In this document: one piece after another, positions 37,493 to 47,774 of the stretch | How positions within the stretch are numbered: position 1 is the first letter of the stretch | How the letters are laid out: each line of letters begins with the position of its first letter | NCBI GenBank assembly: GCA_964525225.1 | Contig: CAZGDX010000001.1 | Coordinates: forward strand, 40,654-104,653 | Direction of reading: 5' to 3' | Length of the DNA stretch: 64,000 nt | DNA from: an uncultured Gammaproteobacteria bacterium | GTDB lineage: Bacteria; Patescibacteriota; Patescibacteriia; DYHP01 | Translations under genes and position numbers: made by a program | The notes under the pieces: generated by a model | What the model saw: the letters and a program-made list of their open reading frames with translations, nothing else | Database searches by the model: none | Told to the model about the DNA's origin: nothing

Positions 37493-37738
37493 ATGAGTGA
37501 AACAAAAACAACGCAAAATAAGAAGAAAACAACGCCTCATTCTTTTTGCTATTTCTGCGTTAAAAATATTAAAGAAATAGATTACAAAGACGTGGAATTG
37601 CTTAAAAAGTTTATGTCTTCTTACTGCAAAATCGTGGCTAAAAAAAGAAGCCATGTTTGCAATTGGCATCAAAGAAAACTCTCCAAAGCCATCAAAAGAG
37701 CGAGAGTTATGGGTCTGGTTCCGTTTGTTGAAGACTAG
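37493..37738 (+). CDS. rpsR: 30S ribosomal protein S18
   Basis: CYFC...IDYKDVELLKKF...RKLSKAIKRAR S18 signature; conserved rpsF-ssb-rpsR order. Confidence 0.9.
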   Translation: MSETKTTQNKKKTTPHSFCYFCVKNIKEIDYKDVELLKKFMSSYCKIVAKKRSHVCNWHQRKLSKAIKRARVMGLVPFVED

Positions 37739-37834
37739 GTCACTACGAAATTACGAAAAACGCGTACGAAAGTACGAAAACACTGAATAGAATTTAGTAA
37801 TTTCGTAAATTTTAGTAATTTAGTAGTATTTTTT

Positions 37835-38407
37835 ATGTCCGTCTTACCAAACTTAAATTCAATTAAAACTGGCTTGCGTATTCTTTGGAATGGCGAGCCA
37901 TATTTGGTCGTTACCGCTAATTTTGTAAGAATGCAACAAAGAAAGCCGGTAATGCAAACGAAGCTTAAAAATTTGATTACCGGAAAGGTTTTGGAATACA
38001 GCTTCCATCCGGGCGACAATGTTGAAGAAGCCGATTTGGAAAGAATAAAAGCCAGTTTTTTATACAAGACCGATACAGAGGCCTGTTTTATGGACAGCTC
38101 TTCTTATGAGCAATTTTCTTTGGAACTTCCAACCGTTGCGGATAAGATAAAATATTTAAAAGAAGGCGATGAAGTTGATATTTTGAAATTTGAAGGGCGT
38201 CCAATCAGCTTGGAAATTCAAAAGAAAATAACTTTGAAAGTGGTATCGGCCCCGCCCGGAGTAAAAGGCGATACCGCGGGCGGAAATGTCACCAAAGAAG
38301 CCGAACTTGAAAATGGCTTGATGGCCCGCGTTCCGTTGTTTATAAATGAAGGCGACAGTGTAGTTATCAATACAGATACGGGAGATTACGTGGAGCGAGC
38401 GAAGTGA
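37835..38407 (+). CDS. efp: elongation factor P
   Basis: 190 aa with three OB domains; the LRILWNGEPYLV segment is typical of EF-P. Confidence 0.9.
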   Translation: MSVLPNLNSIKTGLRILWNGEPYLVVTANFVRMQQRKPVMQTKLKNLITGKVLEYSFHPGDNVEEADLERIKASFLYKTDTEACFMDSSSYEQFSLELPTVADKIKYLKEGDEVDILKFEGRPISLEIQKKITLKVVSAPPGVKGDTAGGNVTKEAELENGLMARVPLFINEGDSVVINTDTGDYVERAK

Positions 38408-38538
38408 GATTTTAAAAAAGCCCTCTGTGAAAACGGAGGGCTTTTTGGTTGACAAAAATCCATTTTTATGATAATCTTTTATGAATGTTCTTTGAAATTG
38501 TGTTATGATGTAATCATAATTAATAAAATTATATTATT

Positions 38539-38817
38539 ATGAATTTACCCGAACAAATAAAAAATCAAGAAGGAGCGAAAATGGAACAAGAACAAACTCC
38601 GGAGCAGATTGAGGCCGTCGTAAAGGAAGCCCTTGAGAAAGCATTGGTTTTTGATATGGTTTATGACGGCCAAGAGGTTTGGGATTGTGTCTGTATGGAA
38701 GAGAATGGCGGATTGTACATATCTATCATTGAAGATGATGGTGAAATCGGAATGGGTATTCCGGCAGATATGGAGAATATAAATAAAGTTGCTCTCAAAT
38801 GGCCTTTTAATGAATAA
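38539..38817 (+). CDS. hypothetical acidic small protein
   Basis: No family recognised. Confidence 0.35.
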   Translation: MNLPEQIKNQEGAKMEQEQTPEQIEAVVKEALEKALVFDMVYDGQEVWDCVCMEENGGLYISIIEDDGEIGMGIPADMENINKVALKWPFNE

Positions 38818-38824
38818 AAATATG

Positions 38825-39265
38825 AAAAGAGCTCAAAATATCGTAGTCGCGTCCGGACCGGTTATTATAGAAAACGGCGAAGTTTTGTTGAATAGGCACG
38901 GCGATGATGATTTTTGGAAATTTTTGGGCGGAAAAGTTGAACCAAAAGACGTCGTTGGGGAAAATTCTTTGGAAGACACTTGTAGGAGAGAAGCAAAAGA
39001 AGAAAACGGTTTTGATATTGAAATAATTTGCCCGCTTAAGCCGATAATGATCCGAAAACCCGGCAGTAAAGATGAGTTTGTTGTGTTAATTCATTTTTTG
39101 GCAAAAAGAAAGGGCAAAAAGATTAAATTGGGAAGCGATATTCGCGAGTTTGGAAAGTTTAATATCGTTAAATTGGTAAAAGGAAAGTATAAGGAAAAAT
39201 TCGCCCCGAACATAATTTCGGTTTTAAAAAATTATTTGGAGTTGAAGAGAAAGAAAATATTATAA
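38825..39265 (+). CDS. NUDIX hydrolase
   Basis: Nudix box GGKVEPKDVVGENSLEDTCRREAKEENG. Confidence 0.75.
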   Translation, partial: KRAQNIVVASGPVIIENGEVLLNRHGDDDFWKFLGGKVEPKDVVGENSLEDTCRREAKEENGFDIEIICPLKPIMIRKPGSKDEFVVLIHFLAKRKGKKIKLGSDIREFGKFNIVKLVKGKYKEKFAPNIISVLKNYLELKRKKIL

Positions 39266-39308
39266 AACCAAAAGACGGGAAGTTATCCCGTCTTTTTTAA
39301 TTTCCGAT

Positions 39309-40370
39309 TTACTGTGTGGCGGCTTCTTTTGCTTTTACCGCTTCCCATGTTTGTTTGCGAAGCGTTGCCATAAGCGCGGGGTTTCCTTTTATATATGCTT
39401 TGGCGTTTTCTCTGCCGACGCCGAGTTTTTCCTCGCCAAAAGTATAAGAATTTCCGCTCTTGGTAATGACATTTAATTCCGTGCCCAAGTCCACCAAATC
39501 CCCGGATACCGAGATGCCTTCGTTATACATAATATCAAATTCGCAGGCGCGGAACGGCGGAGCGACTTTGTTTTTTACAATCTTCACTTTTACGCGGTTG
39601 CCGGTAATATTTTCTCCCTGCTTTAATTGCGCGGCTTTGCGCACTTCAATGCGGACGGAAGAATAAAATTTAAGCGCGTTTCCGCCGGTTGTTGTTTCCG
39701 GATTTCCAAAAAATACTCCTATTTTGTGGCGGATTTGGTTGATAAAGATAACAACCGTCTTGCTTTTAGCGCTGATGCCGGCAAGTTTTCTAAGCGCTTG
39801 GCTCATTAAACGGGCTTGTAGGCCCATATGCGACGCGCCCATTTCTCCTTCAATTTCCGCTTTTGGCACAAGCGCGGCAACCGAATCCACTACGATTACA
39901 TCAATGCCATTTGAGCGCACCAGCGTTTCCACAATATCAAGAGCTTGCTCCCCGGTATCCGGTTGAGAGATAAGCAAATCGTCTATGTTCACGCCGATTT
40001 TTTTCGCGTATTCAGGATCAAGCGCGTGTTCTGCGTCTACAAACGCGGCAATGCCTCCATTTTTTTGAACTTCAGCGATAATATGTTGGGTGAGCGTGGT
40101 TTTCCCCGATGCTTCAGGTCCAAAAATTTCAATGACGCGTCCGCGCGGAACTCCTCCGCCCAAGGCAATATCCAGAGATAAACAGCCGGTTGAAATTGTT
40201 TCTACAAACATTTTCTTGGCTTCGCCGAATTTCATTATGGAACCGGCGCCAAATTTTTCTCTGATTTGGGCAATGGCAAGCCCGGCGGCTTTAAACCGTT
40301 CGTCATATTCCCCCTGCGCCCCGCATTCCTGCGGGACGATTTTTCCTCCATCCTTTTCTTTTTTCGTCAT
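39309..40370 (-). CDS. recA: recombinase RecA
   Basis: Whole-length RecA similarity ([10 protein letters not shown]..., ALDP.YA...). Confidence 0.97.
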   Translation of the reverse strand: MTKKEKDGGKIVPQECGAQGEYDERFKAAGLAIAQIREKFGAGSIMKFGEAKKMFVETISTGCLSLDIALGGGVPRGRVIEIFGPEASGKTTLTQHIIAEVQKNGGIAAFVDAEHALDPEYAKKIGVNIDDLLISQPDTGEQALDIVETLVRSNGIDVIVVDSVAALVPKAEIEGEMGASHMGLQARLMSQALRKLAGISAKSKTVVIFINQIRHKIGVFFGNPETTTGGNALKFYSSVRIEVRKAAQLKQGENITGNRVKVKIVKNKVAPPFRACEFDIMYNEGISVSGDLVDLGTELNVITKSGNSYTFGEEKLGVGRENAKAYIKGNPALMATLRKQTWEAVKAKEAATQ

Positions 40371-40394
40371 AGGATGTTTTTAATTATTAATTTT

Positions 40395-41066
40395 TTAATT
40401 ATTTTTTTCTTCGTCAAAAATTATTTTTCTGTAAATTATGTTTTCTTTGCTGTATTTTTTCGCCGCGGAGATTTTTATAACATTCAGACCGTGTTGCAAA
40501 TCTATCTCTTCATTGAATGTCCCGTCGGCATTTGGCATTACCGATTCGCCGTTTATTTTTATTCTTGTTTCTTTTTCGCTTTTTCCGGTTATTGAAAGTA
40601 TCGGGCTTTTTACTATTGTTTCGTCGGTCGGTTCAAAGATTTCCAGATTCGGGGGAGAAGTTATTTTTTTAATTTCCAGTCCGAGATAAGTGGCAAAGGA
40701 AATTATAATAAGACCCAAAACCGCGTATTTTGTTACGTGCGCCGGAAAAACAAAACATGGTTTTCCCATTCTTTTTTGGACTGTTTTATTGGTTTTATTT
40801 TTGCTTATTTCGGAAAAATACGCGTTTACAAACGGCGCGGGGTCTTGCTTGAAAAATTTAATGTAAGCGATTATATAATTTTTGGTATAAATTTCATCCG
40901 GCAAATCCGCGTAATTATTTTCTTCCAACGCTTCTATATATTTTTTATGTATGAAAATTTTTTTCGCGAGTCGTTTGACGGAGTAAAGATTTTTTTCGCG
41001 CAGATTTTTCAGTTTTTCGCCCAGTGTTGTTTCTGCCCCGATTTTTTTTACGGAGAAAGAATGCAT
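40395..41066 (-). CDS. RodZ-like HTH (XRE-family) membrane protein
   Basis: N-terminal HTH (LGEKLKNLREKNLYSVKRLAKKI), a single TM helix and a C-terminal beta domain. Confidence 0.6.
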   Translation of the reverse strand: MHSFSVKKIGAETTLGEKLKNLREKNLYSVKRLAKKIFIHKKYIEALEENNYADLPDEIYTKNYIIAYIKFFKQDPAPFVNAYFSEISKNKTNKTVQKRMGKPCFVFPAHVTKYAVLGLIIISFATYLGLEIKKITSPPNLEIFEPTDETIVKSPILSITGKSEKETRIKINGESVMPNADGTFNEEIDLQHGLNVIKISAAKKYSKENIIYRKIIFDEEKNN

Positions 41067-41084
41067 ACAAAAACAGGAATTAGT

Positions 41085-43439
41085 TTATTTTATTTTTTCC
41101 TCCTTTTCCTCATCTTCCTCATAATACTCTTCGTCCCCGATTTCATCAATGCCGTTGTTTATCGGTTCTATCTCGCCGCGCTCTTCGTAATATTCTTCCT
41201 CGTTATCCGGATTTTCTTCATATTCTTCGTATTTTGATTCGCCTTCAGGGTGTTCGTGTTCCGGATGTCCCGCCGACGGCTTGCCAAATCCCAAAATTTC
41301 CCGCGGTTTTGCGCCGTCGCTCGGACCAATGAGCCCTTGTTTTTCCATAATATCCAAAAGCCGGGCCGCTCTTGAATAGCCAACCTTGAGCCGGCGTTGC
41401 AGCAGAGAAGCGGATGCTTTGCCCGCTTGAATTATTACATCTTTCGCGCCTTCAAGCAACGGATCGTCATCTTCGTCAAAACCCGATGCGTTCCGCGCTC
41501 CGAATACCGTCGGTCCGAGCCCCAAACTTGAAACATTTATTTTTTCGGTCACTTCTTCAACATATTCTGGGGTTTCATTTTCGGATTTTATAAAATTGGC
41601 AATACGGATCAATTCTTCATCGGAAATAAACGCTCCTTGCAGACGTTTCGGTTTTGAAAGTTCGGATGACGTAAAAAGCATGTCGCCGCGGCCCAGCAAT
41701 TTTTCCGCTCCGCTGGTATCCAAGATGGTGCGCGAATCAATCATTGAACCGACGGCAAAAGCAATGCGCGATGTGATATTGGCTTTGATGAGCCCGGTAA
41801 TGACGTCAACCGAAGGACGTTGCGTGGCAATCACTAGATGAATGCCGACGGCGCGCGCCATTTGCGCGAGGCGGACAACACACCCTTCAACTTCTGAAGC
41901 GGCCGCGACCATCAAATCCGCCAGTTCGTCTATTACCACGACAAGATATGGCATTTTTTCGCCGGTTTCTTTGTTAAATGCGGTAATATCCCTTTTTTTA
42001 TATCTTGAAAGAAGTTCTAGACGCCTGTCCATTTCCAAGATTGTCCATTTTAAAGCGTTTACTATTTTCGGAACCTGTGTAACCACCGGAGTGATAAGGT
42101 GCGGAATGCCGTTGAATACCGGGAGTTCCACCCGTTTTGGGTCAATTAAAATAAATTTTAAATTATCCGGAGAATTTTGATAAAGAAGACAGGTGATAAT
42201 GGTTAGAAGGCAGATTGTTTTTCCGGAACCGGTGGTGCCGGCCACAAGAAGATGAGGCATTTTTCCAAGGTCGGCGGTCCAGATTTTTCCAGCAACATCT
42301 TTTCCGAGCCCGATTGAGAGATCGGTTTTTCTTTGTTTGTATTCAGGGGATTCCAAAATTTCGCGCATTCTTACTGTGGCAATGGTGTGATTCGGAACTT
42401 CAACTCCGACAAGAGATTTTCCCGGAATTGGCGCTTCAATGCGGATTGGATGCGCGGCAAGCGCGAGCGCCAAGTCGTTTGAAAGGGAAGTGATGCGGGA
42501 AAGTTTAATGCCTTCAGCCGGAGCAAGGGTGTATTGCGCCACTGTCGGACCAACGGAAATCGGACCCATTTCCACTGGAATTCCAAAATTTTCCAAGGTC
42601 TTTTTGATTTTTTCGCTGTTCATTTTTATATCGCCGGCAGACGGTTTGGTGACGGTGTTGCTCAAAAGACCGAGCGGAATATCTATTTTTTTTCTCGCAT
42701 CCGACGCTTTTCTGACCAGTGGCATTTTAATCGGAGAGCCGGAAATATTGTCTGCTGGCACGCGGTCGCCGGCGACTTCAACGGTTTTGAATCCGGAATT
42801 TTCATTTTTTAGGTATTCCGCGTTTGGTTCCGCGGGCATGGCTTCCAATTTTTTGAACCTTAAACTGTTAAAAATGTTTTGCGCCCCGGCAAACGCGGAA
42901 AAGATTGATGAAAACGGCGCGAATAGTCCTTTAAGGTCTGTGTTAAAAGATAAAATTACGGAAATTATAAAAATTGACGCGAGAGTGATTATTGTCGCGA
43001 CTAATCCGAAAGCCGATGAAAGCGGAGCGGCAAGAATCATTCCCGCATATCCTCCTCCTTGCTCCAGGTTTTCAAAAATCGCGTTCCGCGAAGCAATTAA
43101 ATGGATTAATCCGTTCGTGCTTAAAATCAGGAGAGCGAATCCCACCCAATTTTTTATGGTTAAGGAAAATTTTTCCGGATAAAGAAGAGTGAATCCGATA
43201 AATAAAAATGATATCGGAAGTATCAGCCGGTCTATGCCAAAAATGGCGCGCAGGGCATTGTCCAGATATTCGCCGGCATATCCGGCAAAATTAAAATAGC
43301 TTAAAAACGAAATAGCCGAAGCGGCAAAAAGAAAAACAATCAAAATTTCTTTTTGGGTCTGCGGCCGCAAATCCATATTGATGTTTTTAAGGTCAAGTTG
43401 CGTCTGTTTTTTTCGCGGTTGCCTTGCGTCCTGCCTCAT
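41085..43439 (-). CDS. ftsK: DNA translocase FtsK/SpoIIIE
   Basis: N-terminal TM domain, Walker A GTTGSGKT motor and C-terminal winged-helix gamma domain (LLQRRLKVGYSRAARLLD). Confidence 0.92.
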   Translation of the reverse strand: MRQDARQPRKKQTQLDLKNINMDLRPQTQKEILIVFLFAASAISFLSYFNFAGYAGEYLDNALRAIFGIDRLILPISFLFIGFTLLYPEKFSLTIKNWVGFALLILSTNGLIHLIASRNAIFENLEQGGGYAGMILAAPLSSAFGLVATIITLASIFIISVILSFNTDLKGLFAPFSSIFSAFAGAQNIFNSLRFKKLEAMPAEPNAEYLKNENSGFKTVEVAGDRVPADNISGSPIKMPLVRKASDARKKIDIPLGLLSNTVTKPSAGDIKMNSEKIKKTLENFGIPVEMGPISVGPTVAQYTLAPAEGIKLSRITSLSNDLALALAAHPIRIEAPIPGKSLVGVEVPNHTIATVRMREILESPEYKQRKTDLSIGLGKDVAGKIWTADLGKMPHLLVAGTTGSGKTICLLTIITCLLYQNSPDNLKFILIDPKRVELPVFNGIPHLITPVVTQVPKIVNALKWTILEMDRRLELLSRYKKRDITAFNKETGEKMPYLVVVIDELADLMVAAASEVEGCVVRLAQMARAVGIHLVIATQRPSVDVITGLIKANITSRIAFAVGSMIDSRTILDTSGAEKLLGRGDMLFTSSELSKPKRLQGAFISDEELIRIANFIKSENETPEYVEEVTEKINVSSLGLGPTVFGARNASGFDEDDDPLLEGAKDVIIQAGKASASLLQRRLKVGYSRAARLLDIMEKQGLIGPSDGAKPREILGFGKPSAGHPEHEHPEGESKYEEYEENPDNEEEYYEERGEIEPINNGIDEIGDEEYYEEDEEKEEKIK

Positions 43440-43547
43440 ATTGCAAGAAAATGAATATTATAATAAGGTTATTTATAACCATATTATATCAAATTATATA
43501 ATAAGGCGCAAAATAGTCCTTTAAAATTTAAAAAAGAGGAGTGAGCA

Positions 43548-44678
43548 ATGTCTGAACACGACATGAAACACGACCACAAGAGATTTAAAGATGTTATTAG
43601 GGGAAAGATTAGAAAAAATCTTAAAAAGTATGTTGCCCGCGGAGAAAATATTGTCAGACGGTATAAAGATAATGATGGTAATGTTCGCGAGAAGATTTTG
43701 GCGCCGATGCCTTGGATTGATATGCCAAGATTTACTTGGGACGATAAGCAACGCGGAGGTGTTGGACAGGGAGATGGCAAAGAAGGAGACCCGCTTTCCG
43801 GCAAAGAAGGTGAAGATTATGGAGATGCCGGCGAGCATGCCGGCGAGCACTTGATTGAGGAATTTACAATGGAGGATTTTGTGGATTTAATAGCCGAAGA
43901 TTTGGAATTGCCCGACCTCACAGAAACCGCAAAGAAATTTATCGTGGATGTAAAAAATGTTTATCGCGGGATTCAGCGCCATGGTCCGAAAGGGCTGATG
44001 CATAAAAAACGGACGCTTAAAAGAGCGTTGGCGCGGCAAATGTCTTCTGGAAATTATGACCCGCAAAATCCGATTTTGATTCCCGAACCGCCGGACCATC
44101 GTTACAAAGGTCCAAAGCCGAAAATTGTTGAAAGTATCCGGGCGGTTGTTTTTTTAATGAAAGATTGCTCCGGGAGTATGGGCGCGGAGCAGAATGAAAT
44201 GCTTAGAAATCTTGATTTTTGGATTCTTCGGTGGATTATGCGAAATTATAAAAAAACAGATACGAGATTTATTATTCACGATACCGACGCCAAAGAAGTT
44301 GATGAAGATATTTTTTTTAAGATGTCATCTAACGGTGGCACGCAAATTTCGTCCGCTCTCCGGCTGGCTCTAAAAATTATTGACGAGGAATATCCGCCCG
44401 AAGATTGGAATATTTATATGTTATACGGTTCGGACGGGGATAATTTTGATTCCGACAATCACGGTTGCGTTAATCTTTTGCGTAGCAGAATTCTTCCGGA
44501 TACCGTTAGAATGTTCGGCTACACGCAAGTGAAAAGTCCGTATTCAAGCAATAGGTTTAAAAATATTCTGGAAGGAAATTTTACTCCAAAAATGCGAGAA
44601 AAAATAAGGATTGCCAAAATGAATAGCATTGATGACACAATGAAAGCCATGAAAAAACTGTTTGGAAAGAAAAAGTAA
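43548..44678 (+). CDS. YhbH/YeaH-family (DUF444) protein with vWA-like domain
   Basis: FLMKDCSGSMG... is the DUF444 signature; 376 aa. Confidence 0.7.
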   Translation: MSEHDMKHDHKRFKDVIRGKIRKNLKKYVARGENIVRRYKDNDGNVREKILAPMPWIDMPRFTWDDKQRGGVGQGDGKEGDPLSGKEGEDYGDAGEHAGEHLIEEFTMEDFVDLIAEDLELPDLTETAKKFIVDVKNVYRGIQRHGPKGLMHKKRTLKRALARQMSSGNYDPQNPILIPEPPDHRYKGPKPKIVESIRAVVFLMKDCSGSMGAEQNEMLRNLDFWILRWIMRNYKKTDTRFIIHDTDAKEVDEDIFFKMSSNGGTQISSALRLALKIIDEEYPPEDWNIYMLYGSDGDNFDSDNHGCVNLLRSRILPDTVRMFGYTQVKSPYSSNRFKNILEGNFTPKMREKIRIAKMNSIDDTMKAMKKLFGKKK

Positions 44679-44694
44679 AAGATAAGCTCCGTTT

Positions 44695-45846
44695 TTACGC
44701 GGAGCTTTTTATTATTTCCAGAGTTTCTTCAGCTGTTTTTCGCCAATTGAATTTTTTTATTCGTTCAAATCCGCGTTGTATCATTTCATTTCTCACGGCG
44801 CTGTCTTTAATGAGTACATTTATTGCGCAGGCGAGGTTGTTGGCGTCATAGGGATTTATCAAAATGCCGGCATTGCCGATTGTTTCGGTTAAAGATGAGG
44901 AAACGGAAGAAATTATTGGGACGCCTTGTGCCATGGCTTCAAGCGGGGGAAAACCAAAACCTTCATAAAAAGACGGAAAGACAAAAATTTTGGCAAGCTT
45001 GTAAAGCGCCGGACGGTCTTCGGTATCCGCGTAATCAAGTATTTTAATATTTCTGGTTTCACTGCTTTTTTCCACAACTTCAAAAAAAGAGTCGGATTTA
45101 TATCCCAGCGCTCCGACAATTATTAATTGTAGGGGACGAAAATTTTCGTCCTCTACGTTTTTTAAAATCTCAAAAGCTCTTATCAACGTCTCTAAATTTT
45201 TTCTCGGTTCAATATTTCCAAGATACAAAATAAAATTGTCCGGCAGATTGTATTTTTCTTTAACTCTTCTCAAATCGTATTCTTGCGCTTCGGTTGTTTT
45301 GATTCCCGAGTAAATTGTTTTTATTTTTTCAGACCGAATTTTGTAAATTTTTTCCAAATCGCGGGCGGTATTTTTAGAAACCGCGATTACCTTATCCGCT
45401 TCACCGCAGATTTTTTTAAGATTAGCCAGTTTGTGCCACAAACGGCTTTTGGGAGAAAAAAATTCGGGATAAATTTCAAAAGACAAATCGTGGATAACAA
45501 CTATTTTTTTGCAGTTCTTCGATAGAGAAATAAAATTAGTGTTCGGTATCAAAAATGTATCTAGTCGTTCTTTTATTAGCCAATCTATTTTTGGAAAACC
45601 AAAAAATTTCAAACCGAAGTTTAAAATTTTGTTGGGAATTTTAAAACCGAAAAATTTAGCGTTCGGAAAATTCCAGGATGGGAGTGAAACGTTTTTCCAA
45701 GAATTATAAAAAAGAAAATACTGGTTTTCTTTATCAATCTTCAAAAGATTTTCCACCAGATTCTCGGTGTATTCCGCCACGCCGGATTTTTTTTCATCGC
45801 AAAGGCATCTTACGTCTATTCCAATTTTCATATCATCCGTTGCCAC
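44695..45846 (-). CDS. GT4-family glycosyltransferase
   Basis: GT-B C-terminal motifs (EGFGFPPLEAMAQGVPII). Confidence 0.85.
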   Translation of the reverse strand: MATDDMKIGIDVRCLCDEKKSGVAEYTENLVENLLKIDKENQYFLFYNSWKNVSLPSWNFPNAKFFGFKIPNKILNFGLKFFGFPKIDWLIKERLDTFLIPNTNFISLSKNCKKIVVIHDLSFEIYPEFFSPKSRLWHKLANLKKICGEADKVIAVSKNTARDLEKIYKIRSEKIKTIYSGIKTTEAQEYDLRRVKEKYNLPDNFILYLGNIEPRKNLETLIRAFEILKNVEDENFRPLQLIIVGALGYKSDSFFEVVEKSSETRNIKILDYADTEDRPALYKLAKIFVFPSFYEGFGFPPLEAMAQGVPIISSVSSSLTETIGNAGILINPYDANNLACAINVLIKDSAVRNEMIQRGFERIKKFNWRKTAEETLEIIKSSA

Positions 45847-45996
45847 TGAGTATCACGCCGTAGTCGGTGTCGGGTATCACTCCGTTTGTCTGCTGTGTGC
45901 GGCGAAGTCCAAGGAGGGATACTCGACACCCCGAAGTCAAAATACTCGGTGGCCCAAAGGTTTATTACGCCTAAACTTTACCAAAATAAGCCACTA

Positions 45997-46024
45997 TTGA
46001 CAAACTTGTTAAAGGTGTTATAGT
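45997..46024 (+). promoter_or_regulatory. promoter TTGACA-16-TATAGT driving paralog 2
   Basis: Same hexamers as the paralog-1 promoter; AAGAGGAGG RBS follows. Confidence 0.6.
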
Positions 46025-46067
46025 TCAAAGTTGTAATGGTTCATTTAAAAAAAGAGGAGGGCGGATA

Positions 46068-46571
46068 ATGGCTGCCGGAAAAAAGAAAGTCAAGGTATTC
46101 CCCGTTTGGAAAACCATCAAGCTTGGCGTAAATAGAACAAAAGAAGGCTATAGGCGAGCTTTAAAAGATGCTGGTTGCGCAATGTCTAATTTTTTAACGT
46201 GTTGTATTCTTGATATAAATACGGTCTTTTCAGATGTTGAATTAGAGGTTGATCTTGTCAGAGTTTCTGTCGGCGATCTGGACTTGAAGAACGGAACGGC
46301 TGTTCACGAAGTGTGTGAACAGGCATTGAAGTTTGGGCTTGAATTTTGTCCTTTGGAGGCTATTTTTGCTCTTCGCCTGCAGTATCCTGATCAGCCGGAA
46401 GGTGAGTGGCTTCTTGTTGTGACAGACCATGGTAATGAAAATCTTATCACAACAGGTGATGTGATAAAAACCAATGGTGTTAATTTCGTCGGTGCCAAAT
46501 ACACCAATCGCTTCTTTTACACTCTTGATGAAAAACATCGTCTGGTATTTGTCCGTCCCAAACCAGCCTGA
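46068..46571 (+). CDS. hypothetical protein, paralog 2 of the unrecognised family (no zinc ribbon)
   Basis: WKTIKLG...FCPLEAIFALRLQYPDQPEGEWLLVVTD aligns with the 29621-30196 protein at about 30% identity. Confidence 0.6.
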   Translation: MAAGKKKVKVFPVWKTIKLGVNRTKEGYRRALKDAGCAMSNFLTCCILDINTVFSDVELEVDLVRVSVGDLDLKNGTAVHEVCEQALKFGLEFCPLEAIFALRLQYPDQPEGEWLLVVTDHGNENLITTGDVIKTNGVNFVGAKYTNRFFYTLDEKHRLVFVRPKPA

Positions 46572-46625
46572 TTTTATTTCCAAAACTCTCGGATTTTTCC
46601 GAGAGTTTTTTTAAAAAATAATTAT

Positions 46626-46654
46626 ACTATTTATTCACGGTCGTGAAAGATAGT
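46626..46654. promoter_or_regulatory. 11-6-11 inverted-repeat site (actatttattca-cggtcg-tgaaagatagt), second copy
   Basis: Conserved against 30270-30305 in a shared ~45-bp context (aaaattatRctatYtt..tcacggtcgtRaaagatagtataa). Confidence 0.55.
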
Positions 46655-46660
46655 ATAATT

Positions 46661-47764
46661 TTATAGTGAGTTGTGCGCGTGCCAGTTGTTTTCAACAAAG
46701 TTTTTTATCTTTGTTTTAAATATTTCCGAATCGTACTGAAGCGCATGGGCGCGGATTTTGGTTGGCGAATATTTTTCCGGATTGAATTTTAAAATTGAAT
46801 GCGCCAGACATTCCCAGGTTTGTTCTTCAAAAAATTCTCCCGTCTCGCCGGGAATTATCGTTTCAACGGCTCCGCCTTTTCCGAACGCGATTACCGGTCT
46901 GCCGGATGCCATTGCCTCAAGAGCGGTAATGCCAAAGTCCTCTTCTTGAGGATGTATGAAAGCGATACATTTTTTGTAAAGTTCCGTTTTTTCAACGTCG
47001 GAAATTTTTCCAAGGAATTCTATATTTTTTTTGGCGGTTTCTTTTAAATTTTTAAGTTCCGGACCGATGCCGAAAATTTTCAAAGGAAGTCCGAGCCGTG
47101 AAAAAACTTTTATCGCGATGTCAAAACGTTTGTATGGCACAAGACGTCCTCCCGCAAGATAATAATTGTCCGGCCGAATGGTGGCAATGGAGAATTTGCG
47201 CGCTTCCACGGGCGGGTTTATCACTTCCGAAACGCGCCCGAAATATTTTTTTATTCTTTTGCCGACAGTTTTTGAGTTGGCAATTATTTTTTCCGGACGT
47301 GTCGCGCCCGCTCTGTCCCAAACGCGCATCCGCGGGAGAAAAAACGGCAGAACGCTTTTTACAAAAAAATTTTTGTTAAGTTCATTTACGTAATTTATGG
47401 CTTCTGTCCAAAGAAACCGCGCCGGCGTGTGGCAGTAGCATATATGCAAGGTCTCCGGTCTGGTAATTACATTTTTTGAAAACGCGCTGGAACTTGAAAG
47501 CACAACGTCAAAATTCGATAAATCCAGTCGTTCAACCGCTGCCGGCATAAAAGGCAAAAGCCACTGATAATGTCTTACGCCAAACGGAATTTTTTGCAGA
47601 AAAGAAGTGTGAATTTTTCCATTTTTGAAGTAATCGGGCGCGCGTTTTTTATCGTGCGCCAGAGTAAATACTGGGGCGTCCGGCCAAATTTCTCGGAAAA
47701 CGCAAAGTACCCGTTCGGCCCCCCCATCTTGTATAAGAAAATCATGGACAAGCGCAATTTTCAT
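46661..47764 (-). CDS. GT4-family glycosyltransferase
   Basis: EDFGITALEAMASGRPVIA motif. Confidence 0.85.
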   Translation of the reverse strand: MKIALVHDFLIQDGGAERVLCVFREIWPDAPVFTLAHDKKRAPDYFKNGKIHTSFLQKIPFGVRHYQWLLPFMPAAVERLDLSNFDVVLSSSSAFSKNVITRPETLHICYCHTPARFLWTEAINYVNELNKNFFVKSVLPFFLPRMRVWDRAGATRPEKIIANSKTVGKRIKKYFGRVSEVINPPVEARKFSIATIRPDNYYLAGGRLVPYKRFDIAIKVFSRLGLPLKIFGIGPELKNLKETAKKNIEFLGKISDVEKTELYKKCIAFIHPQEEDFGITALEAMASGRPVIAFGKGGAVETIIPGETGEFFEEQTWECLAHSILKFNPEKYSPTKIRAHALQYDSEIFKTKIKNFVENNWHAHNSL

Positions 47765-47774
47765 ATTTGGAATT

